A DNA stretch of 39,396 nucleotides from Chiloscyllium plagiosum (Eukaryota), in the NCBI RefSeq assembly GCF_004010195.1, contig NC_057718.1:80502765-80542160 (forward strand), in the 5' to 3' direction. A program made the position numbers and the translations under genes. This document shows, one piece after another, positions 1 to 12,641 of the stretch (positions are counted from its first letter, which is position 1; each line of letters begins with the position of its first letter). The notes beneath the pieces are model-generated. The model had not been told where the DNA came from, ran no database searches, and saw nothing but the letters and a program-made list of their open reading frames with translations.

Positions 1-1315
1 GATAGCCGTAGTGCATGTAAATGGTCATCAGAAAGGAAATGAACCAGAGGTTAGGGGAAATAGATTAGCTGATGAAGTGGCTAGGGAAGCCGCCCTGAAC
101 CCACAAGAAGTGGTGATTCATTCCCTAATACCTACTGTCCCAGGTCCTAGGGGAACTCCTATATTTACTGAAAGAGAAGAAAGAGAATTGAGAGATTTAG
201 GGGCTACAAAGACAGCTGACGGGCATTGGAATTTATCTGATGGAAGGGAAATGTTAAACAAAATGATGATGCGAGAGATTATGGCTATTCTACACCAAGG
301 CAGTCACTGGGGAGTACAAGCAATGTGTGATTTAGTTCTTAGGGAATATGGATGTAAAGGGATATATACCATTGCTAAACAAATATGTGAGGGATGCATA
401 ATATGCAGAAAGGTAAATAAAAAAGTTCTGAGAGAACAGGCCCAGGGAGGAAGAGACCCAGGATTGAGACCCTTCCAGAGTATACAAGTAGATTATACTG
501 AACTGCCTGGAGTAGGAAGATTAAAATATATGTTGGTCATAGTAGATCATTTATCTGGTTGGGTTGAAGCCTACCCCCTAGCTACCGCCACTGCAAATGG
601 GGTGTCTAAAACAATATTAGAGCACATAATTCCCCGATATGGGTTAGTGAACCGTATAGATTCCGACCAAGGAACTCATTTTACCTCTAAAGTGTTACAG
701 GGAGTAATGAAGGGGTTGGGGATTTCCTGGGAATTCCATACTCCATGGCATCCGCCATCATCAGGAAGAGTCGAGAGAATGAACCAAACACTCAAACGAC
801 AACTCTCTAAATTGATCATAGAAACCAGACTCCCTTGGACCAAATGTTTACCTATAGCTCTCTTGCGAGTATGAATAGCCCCGAGGAAAGATTTGGGACT
901 ATCCCCCTATGAAATTTTATTTGGATTACCTTATTTGGGAACGCAGGGAGAATTGCCAATTCCTGAAACTAAAGATTTGTTTTTAAAGAAGTATATACTG
1001 GGCTTGTCCTCCTCTTTATCTTTCCTCAGAAAACAGGGTCTATTGGCACAGACTCCGCCCCTTGAATTTGCTGTTCATCCTATCCGGCCAGGAGATTGGG
1101 TCTTAATAAAATCATGGACAGAGACTAAGCTGCAGCCAGACTGGGAAGGGCCGTATCAGGCTGTTTTGACTACCGAAACGGCAATAAGGACGGCGGAGAA
1201 AGGCTGGACTCATTATACTCGGATCAAAGGGCCAGTGGACCCTCCAGTTGAGGAAGAAGTCTGGACAGCCGAATCAACACAAGACCCGCTGAAACTCAGA
1301 CTAAAGAGACTTTGA
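1..1315 (+). pseudogene. pol: ERV pol 3' end: RNase H C-terminus plus integrase, with one in-frame stop at 872-874
   Basis: HVNGHQ…GNRLADEVA (RNase H); HHCC finger (HQGSHWG…CEGCIIC); DDE core (QVDYT, IDSDQGTHF, SSGRVERMN); WEGPY (GPY/F). ORFs 11-874 and 893-1315 are in the same frame, split by a TGA (probably CGA>TGA) in LLRV*IAPRKDLGLSPYE. Confidence 0.95.
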
Positions 1316-1319
1316 GTAA

Positions 1320-2994
1320 TTGACTATACAGTGGCATCTTAAGTCCTATGGGGATGGCCTCGGGGATGGTACCTGGTATAATGGTCTTGTCACAATACAA
1401 CGCGATTGTCCCAATAAAAAGTGTAACCTCATATATTTAACGATAAGGAAAACCACATGGCACGAAGCAGTTTTGGGAGGTGGCACTTATGAGGTACAAT
1501 TAAATGAAACATTTGGGATTGAAATGAAAGCAAATGGGAAGGAGTTTGTGGGCTGTTGTTTTAGAATTAGCGTAGGACAGGGAAAACGGGTAGAATTACT
1601 GGGTAATGAGATACAACCTTTCACCCCTCCCGATGATCCTAAAATAGTAAAAATTATAGAGGTAAAGGATTTGAAACAGACCATCGAGATAGAGACTGGG
1701 TACGGGGAGGCAAATGCCTGGGTTGAATGGGTAAAGTATACTGTAAAAAGTCTGAACAAAAGCAATTGCAATGCATGTACCTCCGGTAGGCCAGTGGCCC
1801 AGGTGGTTCCCTTTCCGCTCGGGTGGAAGCGAGACAGGAAGGGCATGAAATGTATGATAGCCCTGTATCAGCATGAGACTGCATGGAATGATAGGAATTG
1901 TACCTCCCTATCTCTGATGTTCCCTCCCTTGGAGGAGAAAGATGCAAAAGTTCCACCCACGTTTTCCGCCGCAGTTGGAAATCACACGTCATGTGTGCAC
2001 AGGCGAGGTACGAGTCGGTCGAGAGATTTGAGGGAGCTGAAATTATGTACAGAGATTAAGAATGTTACCGAAACGGAGAAGGGAGGGAACTACTCAGCAT
2101 TAAAGGTTCCCAGAGCGGATCTGTGGTGGTACTGTGGAGGAAAAATATTGAGACCCACCCGACCTCCGGATTGGAAAGGGATATGTGCAATTGTACAATT
2201 GGCAATTCCATTTACCTTGGTATTTGAGAAGGAGAAGATAGTAAGAAAAAGGGGAAGGGGTAAGAGATTACTGTTAGATACTTCTTTTGATGACAGGATT
2301 TATCTTGATTCAGTAGGAGTTCCTAGGGGAGTACCTGATGAATTCAAGGCTCGTAACCAGATTGCAGCAGGCTTTGAGTCAGCTCTCTTTTGGTGGGTAA
2401 CAATTAATAAAAATAGACTGGATAAATTACATTTTCTATAATCAACAGCGATTTATAAATTATACAAGAAAGGCGGTTAAAGGAATATCAGAACAGCTTG
2501 ATGCGACGAGTAGGATGGCATGGGAAAATAGAATAGCCCTTGATATGATTTTAGCAGAGAAAGGGGGTGTATGCGTGATGTTAGGAGGAAGCTGTTGTAC
2601 CTTTATTCCTAATAACACTGCGCCTGATGGTTCAATTACTCGGGCCTTACGGGGATTGACTACCTCAGCAGAGGAACTGGCTGAGAATTCAAGAGTAGAC
2701 ACATCTCTCACAGGGTGGCTTGAATCCTGGTTGGGAAAATGGAAGGGGGTGGTGGTTTCTATCCTTACTTCCCTGATAGTAGTAGTCGGGGTATTGGTGG
2801 CCATTGGCTGTTGTATCATACCCTGTATACGAGGGCTCACCCAGAGGCTGATTGAAACAGCCTTGATGAAACGAATGCCCCTGAGGCGAAATTTGACAGA
2901 GGAACTTTATCAACTAAATAATAAGGAAATGAGTGAGACTAAGATGGATGAAATCTCTGAAATGATGCTTGCGAATTTTGGGAACAATGTCTAA
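1320..2994 (+). pseudogene. env: Gamma-type ERV env (SU+TM), frameshifted at ~2414, no visible ATG or signal peptide
   Basis: CxxC (CNAC) in SU, furin site RKRGRGKR, immunosuppressive domain WENRIALDMILAEKGGVC, CX6CC (CVMLGGSCC), hydrophobic anchor. Restoring 2 nt in AAT(GT)AGACTGG gives INKNVDWINYIFYNQQRF and joins the two ORFs. Confidence 0.93.
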
Positions 2995-3040
2995 AAAAAA
3001 AAAGAGGGAGACAAAAATGCAGAAGATAACAGATAGTAAT

Positions 3041-3058
3041 GAAAAGAAAAAGGGGAAA
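3041..3058 (+). other. Polypurine tract of the ERV
   Basis: GAAAAGAAAAAGGGGAAA, 1 nt before TGTGG. Confidence 0.85.
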
Positions 3059-3059
3059 T

Positions 3060-3455
3060 TGTGGCATATAAATGAATTAATGTTATTTCTGCAAGTATAA
3101 ATTCTGATACAGAACAGGAATGAGAAAATACATATTCAGCAAAAACAAAGGATATGTGAGCATGAGACATGAATACAGAACAATGGTGGATATATGGGCA
3201 AACAGGAAAACATCTGTTCTCCTCGCTTGCACAGAGACACGGGGGCCACCGCAAGAAATGCAAAACTTGAAAACATATGGGAAAAAACAGTATAAATTGC
3301 AACGGTTTTTTGGGATATACTGTGCATTTTGTCATTACCTTACCTGGTAATTAGACAAAGCACCCACCTATAGGTGTATAAATAAAACAACGCTGTTATT
3401 CAGAAATTAGTCTCGGACTGAAATTATTAAAGTGAGTGAGCTTTTGTTTCTCACA
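3060..3455 (+). repeat. ERV 3' LTR (~396 bp)
   Basis: Begins TGTG after the PPT and ends CACA; TATAAA at 3291 and AATAAA at 3381. The end could instead be 3457. Confidence 0.8.
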
Positions 3456-4245
3456 CAATATGAGCCAGCACTTAAGAACTCTTATTGCACATGTGTAATC
3501 CACCCACAGTGAGTTTTACACGTCAACACTGTACTTGGTTTGCACTGGCAATTATCACTGTAACGCTGCAGCAAGGATACTGCATGGTGTGGGGCACACG
3601 CCCAACTCATGTGCTGCACCACACTGCATTTCCAGGTTCTTAACTTGCTGCCAAAGTATACACTCATTCCGTCAACTACCTGGATGCCCACTGCATCTCA
3701 GGCCTTGCATTCCCTTGCCTTGCTGCATTTTGTCCCCTCAGCTAGACATGTAAGGCTCAAGTTACATCTGAGTCATCACGAAATGGTAAAAGCATGACAA
3801 AGTCAGGAAGCTTGTCATGGTTGACTGCAGACCTCAGGCAAACCAAGGAGGAAACCCTTTGCTCGGGACTCCTGTCAGAGTAAGTCAAGGGCAGCCTCCG
3901 ATACCAGTCCAGGGATTTCCAAACGGTTAGTCAGTCACTGGGGGTGTTCAGAGTCAGGAAACTCTCCACCTAAAAAATGAGGAGTTGAACCTTGATGGGA
4001 AATGGGCAAGTGCAGAGACATAATGAGTGTGAGGTATGAAAGAGGAATTGTAGAGTGGATATTTTTCATTCGCAACTTTAATTTCAAATGCAAGTGTTGC
4101 AAATCCTCTGCTGCAAGAGGATTTGAGTACTTGAGCATTGACGTCTTGATTCAATTGTATAGAAGCGCGGCTAAACCACACCTGGAGTACTTTGTGGAGT
4201 TCTGGTTTCCATATCTCAGGAAAGATATTATTGCAATAGAGGGAG

Positions 4246-4890
4246 TGAAAAGGGAAAAGTTGAAATCAAACAATGAAAGAGCAATTGTTGAAGACACAGT
4301 AATGGCTCAGGCCATTGCGACCAGCATGTTATCTTTGCTGTGTCAGCAAAGGGAGATTGAAAACACATCGCAAGAATGTAGTTAAGAAATTAAAGAATAT
4401 GTTATATAAATTGGATTGCGATAGAATAATTTAAGAACCCGGTGTCGGGAATTATGTAATTGGATAACAGGTACCAATGGTGTTATGTGATTCGATTACT
4501 GCAACTAACATAAATGTGTTCGAATGGGATATACTGTAGTCGTTCTTCCATGTGTCCGAGGGTTCCGTTTCTGAGAAACCGCGTGAATGATGAAATTCGT
4601 GAGTGCAGAGCTCGTTAAAAATACAGCTTAAAAATAGATTAAAAATCGCAGGTACGTGAGTTTGCCACGGATGTTGAATTTGATGCTATTTACTTTGTGG
4701 CGGAGATAGGCTGATTTGCGAGTCATGAACTATAATTGTAGTCAAGTGTAATTAACTAATGGAATTTGTGCGGAATCTTCAGATATGTGCGATTCCCCTT
4801 CTGTCTACTCAAATAAAGAAACAGTGGACACAGAAACGTGAGTCTCATCTGCTTAATGCAGGTGAGGAGAGGAACTGAATTCCCAGCACA
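4246..4890 (+). mobile_element. Solo LTR (645 bp) inserted into the CR1
   Basis: TG…CA ends, imperfect terminal inverted repeat TGAAAAGGGAA/TTCCCAGCACA, AATAAA at ~4814, 4-bp TSD GGAG/GGGG; the CR1 reading frame resumes at the right edge. Confidence 0.7.
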
Positions 4891-4980
4891 GGGGCGCAAC
4901 GAAGATTCACCACACTTCTTTCCGGGAAGGTAGGAATGTCCTATGGGGAAAGATTGGGTAAACAGGGCCTGTATTCTCTG

Positions 4981-5305
4981 CCATGATTTGGAGATGCCAG
5001 TGTTGGACTGGGGTGTACAAAGTTAAAAATCATACAACACCAGGTTTAACTGGAAGCACTAGCTTCGGAATGCTGCTCCTTCATCAGGTGGTAGTGTAGT
5101 ATAAGATCGTAGGACATAGAAAAAGCTTATAATGTGATGTAACTGAAATTATATATTGAAAAAGACCTGGATTGATTGTTAACAATTCTGTGTCCTACAA
5201 TCTTATACTCCACAACCACCTGATGAAGGAGCAGTGCTCCGAAAGCTAGTCCTTCCAAATAAACCTATTGGACTATAACCTGGTGTTGTGCGATTTTTAA
5301 CTTTA
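4981..5305. mobile_element. PLE inverted-pair insertion (two pseudo-LTR 3' ends)
   Basis: Left arm is the reverse complement of the right arm; TSD TATTCTCTG at 4972-4980 and 5306-5314; hammerhead cores in both arms. Confidence 0.85.
5217..5251 (+). ncRNA. Minimal type I hammerhead ribozyme motif (PLE)
   Basis: CUGAUGA (5220-5226), stem II GGAGC/GCUCC, GAAA (5241-5244), palindromic AGCU, CUA triplet; stem I weakened. Confidence 0.6.
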
Positions 5306-6129
5306 TATTCTCTGCACTATCAAAGAATGTAAAATGATCTCACCAAAACCTAAAAAATACTTTAAAAAGATAGACAGGATAAACTAAGATGTTTCCCTTG
5401 AGTGTGAAGTCTACAAAAAAGATGAGGAGATTTGATTTTACTCAGAAGGTGGTGAATCTTTGGAGTTCTTGATCCAGAGTGTTGTGGAAATTTCAGTCTT
5501 TGAGTATACTTAAAGTAGAGATTGAGACATTTTTATTATGAATAGTTTAAAGGATTATGGAAAAGTGATGATAAAACAAATTGAAATGTCATGATCATGT
5601 TGAATAGAGAGTACGTTCAATGGGATGAATGGCCCATTCCTATTCCCATGTTCCTTTCTTATTAAATGCTAATTCTGCTCCTGTTTCATTGATGTGTAAT
5701 TTGCCATATCCTTTCTAAGGATTTTTTTTCTAGCATTGTGTCAAAACAACATTTCCAAAAAATCGTGATTTAAGCTGTGAAACTGAAAGCTACCTGGAGT
5801 ACTTTACTGAAGTAGTTACTAAACTGAACTCTTATGCCCTATAGAAAAAGAGACCAGATGCCAGAAGCAGGTCCAATTGAGAAAAAGATCCATACCAGCA
5901 GAAAGACACTTCAGTTTTGGAAACCAATATATCTGGAAAGGAATTATATGCTGCTTTATCAGTCCAATAGAATGAGCTGGAAAAAAATCTGAGTTTTACT
6001 TCAGTGAGGAAAATCAGAAAGCTATCTGTGTTTCTCTTCTTTTATGAAATACACTAATTCTATTTATTCAGAAGTATAATAGCAGCCTTGCATTTATATG
6101 TTCAGTGACTGACAACATGTAAGTAAGTA

Positions 6130-6500
6130 TGTAAAGCAATTATGAAGGCAAAAGGAATATTCGTCTTCATTGTAAGTAGGCTAGAGCACAGGAGGAAGAA
6201 AACCTTCCCACAATTCTACAAGACTTTAAAGAGAGCAGACTTGGAGTACAGTACACAGTTTTTAAGGAAGGATGTACGCACACAAGTGCCAATACGACAA
6301 ACGTTTACTAGGTTATTATCCTGGAATGACAGGATTATTCTACAATGGGTTACTGAGTAAATCAAACTTAAACTCTGAAGCTTAGAAGAATGAGAAGTGA
6401 CCTAATTGAACTGTATAAGATTTTGAAGGGGCTTGATACATTGAGACATTATAACATGTATGAGGATTCTAGAAAAAAAGGGCAGAATCTTAGATGCAAA
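6130..6500 (+). mobile_element. Degenerate CR1 ORF2 C-terminal fragment
   Basis: KAKGIFVFIVSRLEH…QFYKTLKRADLEYSTQF…RKD, then RRMRSDLIELYKILKGLD. Confidence 0.7.
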
Positions 6501-6989
6501 CTATCCGACTTGTGACAGAATCATGCAAGTCCAGAGAGCTTATCTTAACATAGGGAGCAACATGCTGCATCTTTTATGCATCCGCCAAACAGCGGAACTG
6601 CCACTAGACAGCAACAACTGGACTCGAACTCAGAATGATCAAAGACAGGATGCTGTCCACAGAAGGGCTGAGGAGCAAATATTGGATAGTCCACCAACTG
6701 CCCGGATGCTTTCTACTTTAGTGTAAGATGTTTTCTTCCTAGAATATGAAAAAGACATATCAAAGGCAATGAACTCCGGTGAAACAACTGTTGTTTTTGA
6801 TGCAGATGGAGAGATGTCCCGAATGAGTCAGTAGGCAGTGCAGAGGGCATGCTGATTTATGTTTTCAGGTGGATAGGTGGATGACAGCAAGTAAGGGAAT
6901 ATACTGTGGGCAAAAATGTGAGTGGTAGAGCCTTGGTGGCAGGTGGATACGATAGCAGAGATGTGCAATATCAGAGAGAAGATGGTGCC

Positions 6990-7225
6990 ACTTAAACTGG
7001 TAGAGTGGAGGTTATTGACCTTTTTCTAACATTGCCGTGCATTCCCATAAACAGCTGAGACTGCAGTGACCTGGGTGGCAATCTTGTACCAATTTGATAC
7101 ATGATCTGGTATCATGGCCTCCTCTGCTAGTCCTTGAGGAAGAGGATACCGTGCATGTGCACTGTCTGTATAGTAGAACCTTCAGATACCTGCCTGCAAA
7201 GCAGGGCAAGAGATTTCCCTTGTAT
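6990..7225 (-). pseudogene. Fossil Myb/SANT-like DNA-binding domain (Harbinger ORF2-like)
   Basis: Across frameshifts reads PCFAGRYLKVLL…GILFLKD*QRRP…WYKIATQVTAVSAVYGNARQC*KKVNNL, matching the F…L..LL / W..IA..V…R…QC.KK.N.L pattern. Confidence 0.55.
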
Positions 7226-7289
7226 GCCACATCTGGGGTATTGTCAGGAGCTGGGCATCGCAGTTCCAGACTGACAGTTGTTATCTCAA

Positions 7290-7462
7290 TTATTGGAGTT
7301 TATCTCTCTCTGCACCTTCTCCATAGCTGTAATACATTATTCTGCATTCTGTTCTATTATCCTGATATACTTATGTAAGGCATGCTTTGTCTGCTAGCAC
7401 ACAAAACAATACTTTTCACTGTATCTCAGTACATGTGACAATAATAAATCAAATCAAATAAA
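7290..7462 (+). mobile_element. 3'UTR/tail of a Rex1/Babar-like LINE
   Basis: …aaaacaatacttttcactgtatctcagtacatgtgacaataataaatcaaatcaaat with an (ATCAA)n tail; family assignment from memory. Confidence 0.55.
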
Positions 7463-7729
7463 CCTGCTGCCTCAAACACAAAGGGACATTACTCAGACCA
7501 GCCCTACACTGTATGTGCATCTCAAAGGGTCACAAATGCAAGCCTGAACATCATATGCATGATAAGCACACATAGGCTTGCAACACCTCATGTTCCCAAA
7601 CTACAAACTCTTCCACGACATTGCACTTCTACTCACATACTGGAGATAGTGCAACTCCTCTTACCGTTATGTATGCTCACAGTGCTCTCCTGCACCTATT
7701 GCCATTAACCTCAATCTTTCTATCCAAGT

Positions 7730-7870
7730 ACAGGAAAATCTGGCCCTCTGGAGAGGACCAAGCAGGGCAAAGAAGTTCTGAACATCAAAATTCCTATCCC
7801 CTTGGAGGAAAGAGTACTAAAGCTGTCTGGGTAAGACTGTTATCATTCCTATGGTGATGGGAGACAGGAA
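7730..7870 (+). pseudogene. Possible downstream segment of a Myb/SANT (Harbinger-like) ORF
   Basis: ERTKQGKEVLNIKIPIPLEERVLKLSG*D resembles the ER.KTGGG…LTPLEERVL motif that follows these domains. Confidence 0.35.
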
Positions 7871-9319
7871 TGGCTTAGGAGGCCAGTCAGTAACATTGCA
7901 AGTTGCTCTCCTTGGCTGTGAAAGAAGGCAAACACATTGGTCTGCAGAAGGTATTGTGCATCTTTACCAATTCATTCTTTCTCCTCTCATCAGTGGCACC
8001 AGCACCAAGTTCAGCAACAAGACAGTGCCAGCTCTGAGAAAGAAGCAACACCCAGGTCTCTAACATTCAGAGCTGCCAGAGCCCAGGATCTCGGTGACCC
8101 CCAGAAAATAAGACATGAGTGGCATGGTCAAGTGCAGATCGCAGGGGATCATCAGGCAGGTGTGACAGACTAGAGTGAAAGGTGGAGAATTCAGTGCATG
8201 TGGTGGTTTCAGCATGCGTTAAAAAAAAAAGGCTGATGGCTATTTTCAATATCCAGGATAAGCTGAACATTCAGGTGGCTGCCAGGTCTGTTTTGGACTT
8301 CCACTCCATCGCTCCAGCCATAGGTATGCAGCATGATTAACAAGCTGAGAGGGGCATGAGCCATCTTGACTTCTCCCCAGGTGTCCCATCTTCTCAAAAA
8401 GATAGTGTAGTGCTAGTAGGTACAAGAGTGGGGAGAAGAAACAGGCAGACTTCTTCTCAGGAGAGAGACAGATGTCCAGGTGCTCTGTCTCCGATCCTAT
8501 CAATGACTCATTGCCTCTAGCAGTTCAGGCTGAAGAAGGTTAACCTGCACATATGAGGAGATTCTTAGCACACAGATCTCTAGGCCAAAAGATTCTGGGA
8601 AGTATCTGCCAAAGTCTTCAAAGTCACTCTGACATACCTGTCAGCAGGCTATCTCCACCAAAGATGTGGATGTCAGGTGCTCATATGGACATGGTGGAGG
8701 GAGAGGAGACAGAAGATATTTTGTCAGAATACTGGTGGAATGGGTGTTCAATCATTTCAAATAAGCAGCACTTTCGTAAATATGTATTTACGTACACTGT
8801 TCCAACTTCTGTTGTGGTCTTAATGTATGAATAGGAGATGAGAAGGCTTGCAACAGTGAAAGATATGGAGTGTCTTACATTGAAAGGATGTGCTACATTT
8901 CAATTGCCACACCTTGGTATCTCTCTTAGCAAAGTGGGTGATTGCTGATCTCATCCATCAGGGAACCACAACACCTGTAAATTGGGGGATTGGAGTCAGT
9001 TTGCTTCAGATTTCTCACAGGGACACTGAGGGCAACAATAAAGCCTAGGAATGTTCAATTGGTGGATCCTGCACACTGACCTTATGGGAGTGATGCCTGA
9101 ATCAACAGGCTCCAAGAGAGAAATATTTATTATATATCTGGGACTTTCAAAAGTAATAATACGTCATTCCATAAGCAACAAAGATTACTGCCCAAAAATA
9201 GGCATTGCCTCCTATCCCATGTATGTTTTCGATTTTTTGAAGATATTTTTGCAATATTTATATCTGTAGCTTCATCAATGAATTTCTTGACACAGCCTAA
9301 TAATTCCATTGACAATAAT

Positions 9320-9448
9320 TTCATCAGGAAGGGCTTATGCCCGAAACGTCGATTCTCCTGCTCCTCAGATGCTGCATGACCTGCTGTGCTTTTCCAGCAC
9401 CTCACTCTCGACTCTGATCTCCAGCATCTGCAGTCCTCACTTTCTCCT
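9320..9448 (+). mobile_element. PLE pseudo-LTR/tail fragment
   Basis: aagggcttatgcccgaaacgtcgatt…ctcactttctcct; close reverse complement of 39159-39280. Confidence 0.85.
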
Positions 9449-9459
9449 AACTTAGAATA

Positions 9460-9655
9460 TCACCATTACGTCACTGTCTCTAAGTCAAAAATGCTGAAAC
9501 TCCCTTCCCAACAGCACTTTGGATGTATTTATGTCTCATGGACTGTAGTGGTTCAAGAAAAAGAGCTCACCAAAACCTTCTCAAGAGCAATTTGGGTTGG
9601 GCAATAAGTGCTTGGCTAGTCAGTGATGCCCATAATTCATGAACAAATAAAAACA
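9460..9655 (+). mobile_element. Degenerate LINE 3' end, family unassigned
   Basis: …tggttcaagaa…ctcacc..ccttctcaag.gcaatt…gggcaataa…gatgccca…gaacaaataaaa resembles a common chondrichthyan LINE tail. Confidence 0.4.
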
Positions 9656-12641
9656 AAATCTGCTGTTTATTTTCTCATAATAAAGCTGCAACATTACTAC
9701 TACTCTCCTTTTGTGTATAGTGTTTTCAGTATAATGCTCAATTTGGAGTCATCATGTCCTCAAGGCTGTATTCTGGCTGCAAGGAAGATCATTTGTCCAT
9801 TCTGTGCTGCCGACACAATAATGTCTTTGGTCATTCCTTAGTTGGAATGACGATTAGAGCAGACATGGCAAATAGAAGATGTCGCCTATCAGTCTTGGGT
9901 TAGACAAGGCAATGCACCTGTATATGAGGACAATGTAATCCCTTGGAAGCACTCAAAATAATTGATCTGATCTTGCAACCCACTTCATGGCAAGGTGTTT
10001 CCATTCATGGCTGTATGGTAACTGCTGCTCCAAATTTGATTTCCTTTGTATAACATCAGATGACACGTCACTTACTTCATGGTTCAAAGCACAGTTACAT
10101 TATACAAATCAAAGATACCCTTTTTAACACAAAGTATTACATTTATCATTTGTTTTCAAAAACAAGAAACACAACTATTCCCCAAGACCAACCAATAAAG
10201 CAGGAAATATGTCTGTACATAAATCCAGTTCTATATATGCACAAAATGTAAAATCTATCTTTAAAAGGATTATGTATTCCTGTAATAGATATAACTTGAG
10301 GAAATGTTGTTTGTAAAATGCAGAATCATTAGCAATAGATAAATCAAACAAAACTAAGTGAAATGGGAACAAAGTGGAGTGCATATGTCTGCTATGCTGT
10401 ATTAACTCAACATTATTATAATCACACAGCTCTTCCCCTGAGGCTTTTCCCTGCCAGGCTCACACTCTGTCACTATAAAGCTGTAAAAATAATATTTTTA
10501 TTAAGTTTCCATCATCCTGAGGAGGCTTCAGGTTAATCCACATCCTATTACCTGCTCAAAAAATTCTACTCACATTGAAGTCAATCAATGACATTCTAAA
10601 TAAAACAACACACAATGTTCTTTTAAAAAAGTGTATTTCCCTATCTCCAAATATTAATAGATTTTTTAAAAATGAGAATTCAGATTCACATCTTCACAAT
10701 CAATGAATCAGTCCTTCTTGGGCCATTCCCTACTTGTGTACCAAGTTGTATTGACATCAGTTCATTAATTTCTGAGATGCATTATTTGCCAGCCAACAGA
10801 CTAACAAAAAGGAGCAAAAAACCCACCTTCAGGCAGAGATAGGAAATGGGATTAAAGGTCATGATTTGAAATTGTTGAACTCAAAGTTGAGGTTAGAAGT
10901 CTGTGATTGGAAATATGCAGAAGTGTTACTTTCTTTTTCCTTAAGATTCTTATGCACTTGATGCAACTGCAATATGCCAATTTCTATGAACAATAACCAA
11001 ATTTTATTAAGCTAGTAAAGTACAAGCTGTGGAGAAACTCTTAACACTCTTTGCCATGCTTGCGAAGCGTGTCGAGAGATCTCTCTGAACAAAGGAACAG
11101 TCCTTCTTTTATACAAAATCTTTACATCACAGTCAGTAATGCCCACAAGACAACACCCAGCCACTCCCTCACAGTCACATGTCACTCAAGATACAATGCA
11201 GTGACTACATCATCTCCAGAAACAATGTAATGCAAATCATCCTTTAATGGCCAGATCTGGTGTGAATTGTATTTTTTTGTAGCTGTCGGGTGCAGTCAGT
11301 ATTTCAACTGCAATGTTCCAATTGACATCTGAGTAGGTGATGATGAGGTTAGAGGCAGTGGAACAGAGAGTTAAAATGACAGATATCTGGAAGCTCCATG
11401 TTCGTTTGCTCCAGGTTATTTATGATTCTGTTATTGTGCTATATTGACTTTCATGCGGTCGCAGATCTTCCATTCTACTCTTTTATCCCCTCACCCATCA
11501 CTTCCCTATTTTTGTAGTTGCTTTAAAGCTATGACTACTTTAACATTTTCCAGTTCTGATGACAGGTCACCGACCTAAATTATTAAGACTGCTTCTCTCC
11601 CTACAAATTTTGCAACAACGATTGAGTAGTTACAACAATATCTGTTTTTATTTTACGTTAATCATATTCTTTATATCTTGGTTTTAGTGATGGTTGTTTT
11701 TCTACACACACTCTGCACTGAGCAATGACAAAAATTATTTACTTACTGTATCACGCTTGCACAAACTGTTTCAAGTATTAGAGGTTGAAATACAACGTAA
11801 TTGCTCCTACTTTTATTTCACCAAATGTGACTTTAGCTCAGTTAACACTGCACTTTTATCATGACAATTTGATTTGACCACTTTCTTTTATCACACAGTG
11901 AAAAAAATCTGTAAAAGGATTTTGATATTCAGATCAGTTGCCAAAGAACTTTGATTTGCCTTTGAATGCTCCCTCAACCCTCAATCAATTCACTTGCATT
12001 CTGCAATCAAATCCAACCAACTGGATCAAGTAAAATTCCATTTTTTGTACATTTACTTTCAGTAATCTCATCTTGGACCCTTTACTGATATTGTAATTAC
12101 TCTGATGATTTGAGAATATGTTACCACTGAGAGTATTCCACAGAGAACATGTATCAAAGCAACCTATTATGGAATTCCCAGAATTAAACAAGCAATTTCA
12201 GGAAACTATTACAACCTTGGTCGAATGGGAATTTAAAGTAGGAAAAAGATTAAAAAAGAAATGTGAAAATCAAGGTACATCTCAACCAACAGTAGTCAAT
12301 TATAAGCAAACCCCTTTCATAACTATCACTGAATATAAAATGATCCCTATTTTTCAATTTTCTCTCGATCACTCCATCCCTTTTAGTGCCAGCAGCTACT
12401 TAAAATCATATTTAATGTCTCAGCCTCAATAGGAAGAGGATGTTTTAACCCAGACTGTGAGCGGAGTGAGGACTGGCATGTTGGGGCCATTCTTCACATA
12501 CAATGAATTCTGTTCAATCCCTGAACTGGGGAAGTTCTGAAATGTTTGATTATTCAGACAGGTCAAGCAGATGCTGACTAACATCTGTAAAGTCATAACC
12601 AGGTAGTTGAAAGAACGGCAAAGCCTTCAAGAAATTCCAAG

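Larger units (their letters stand above)
1..3455 (+). mobile_element. 3' half of a class I (gamma/epsilon-like) endogenous retrovirus; 5' part lies outside the window
   Basis: Colinear pol (RNase H end, integrase), env, polypurine tract and TG…CA LTR. Confidence 0.95.
4060..5655 (+). mobile_element. Old CR1 LINE 3' fragment (ORF2 C-terminus + 3'UTR) interrupted by two younger insertions
   Basis: RGFEY…QLYRS…PHLEYFVEFWFPYLRKDIIAIEG continues after 4890 as QRRFT…MSYGERL…GLYSL, and after 5305 to a gaatggcc…tattccc 3'UTR. Outer boundaries approximate. Confidence 0.8.

Noticed and set aside
2993..3010. Second purine run as the ERV PPT
   Set aside because: Not followed by a TG LTR start; 3041-3058 fits better.
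3790..3820. CATGACAA…TTGTCATG hairpin
   Set aside because: An 8-bp stem is expected by chance in 39 kb.
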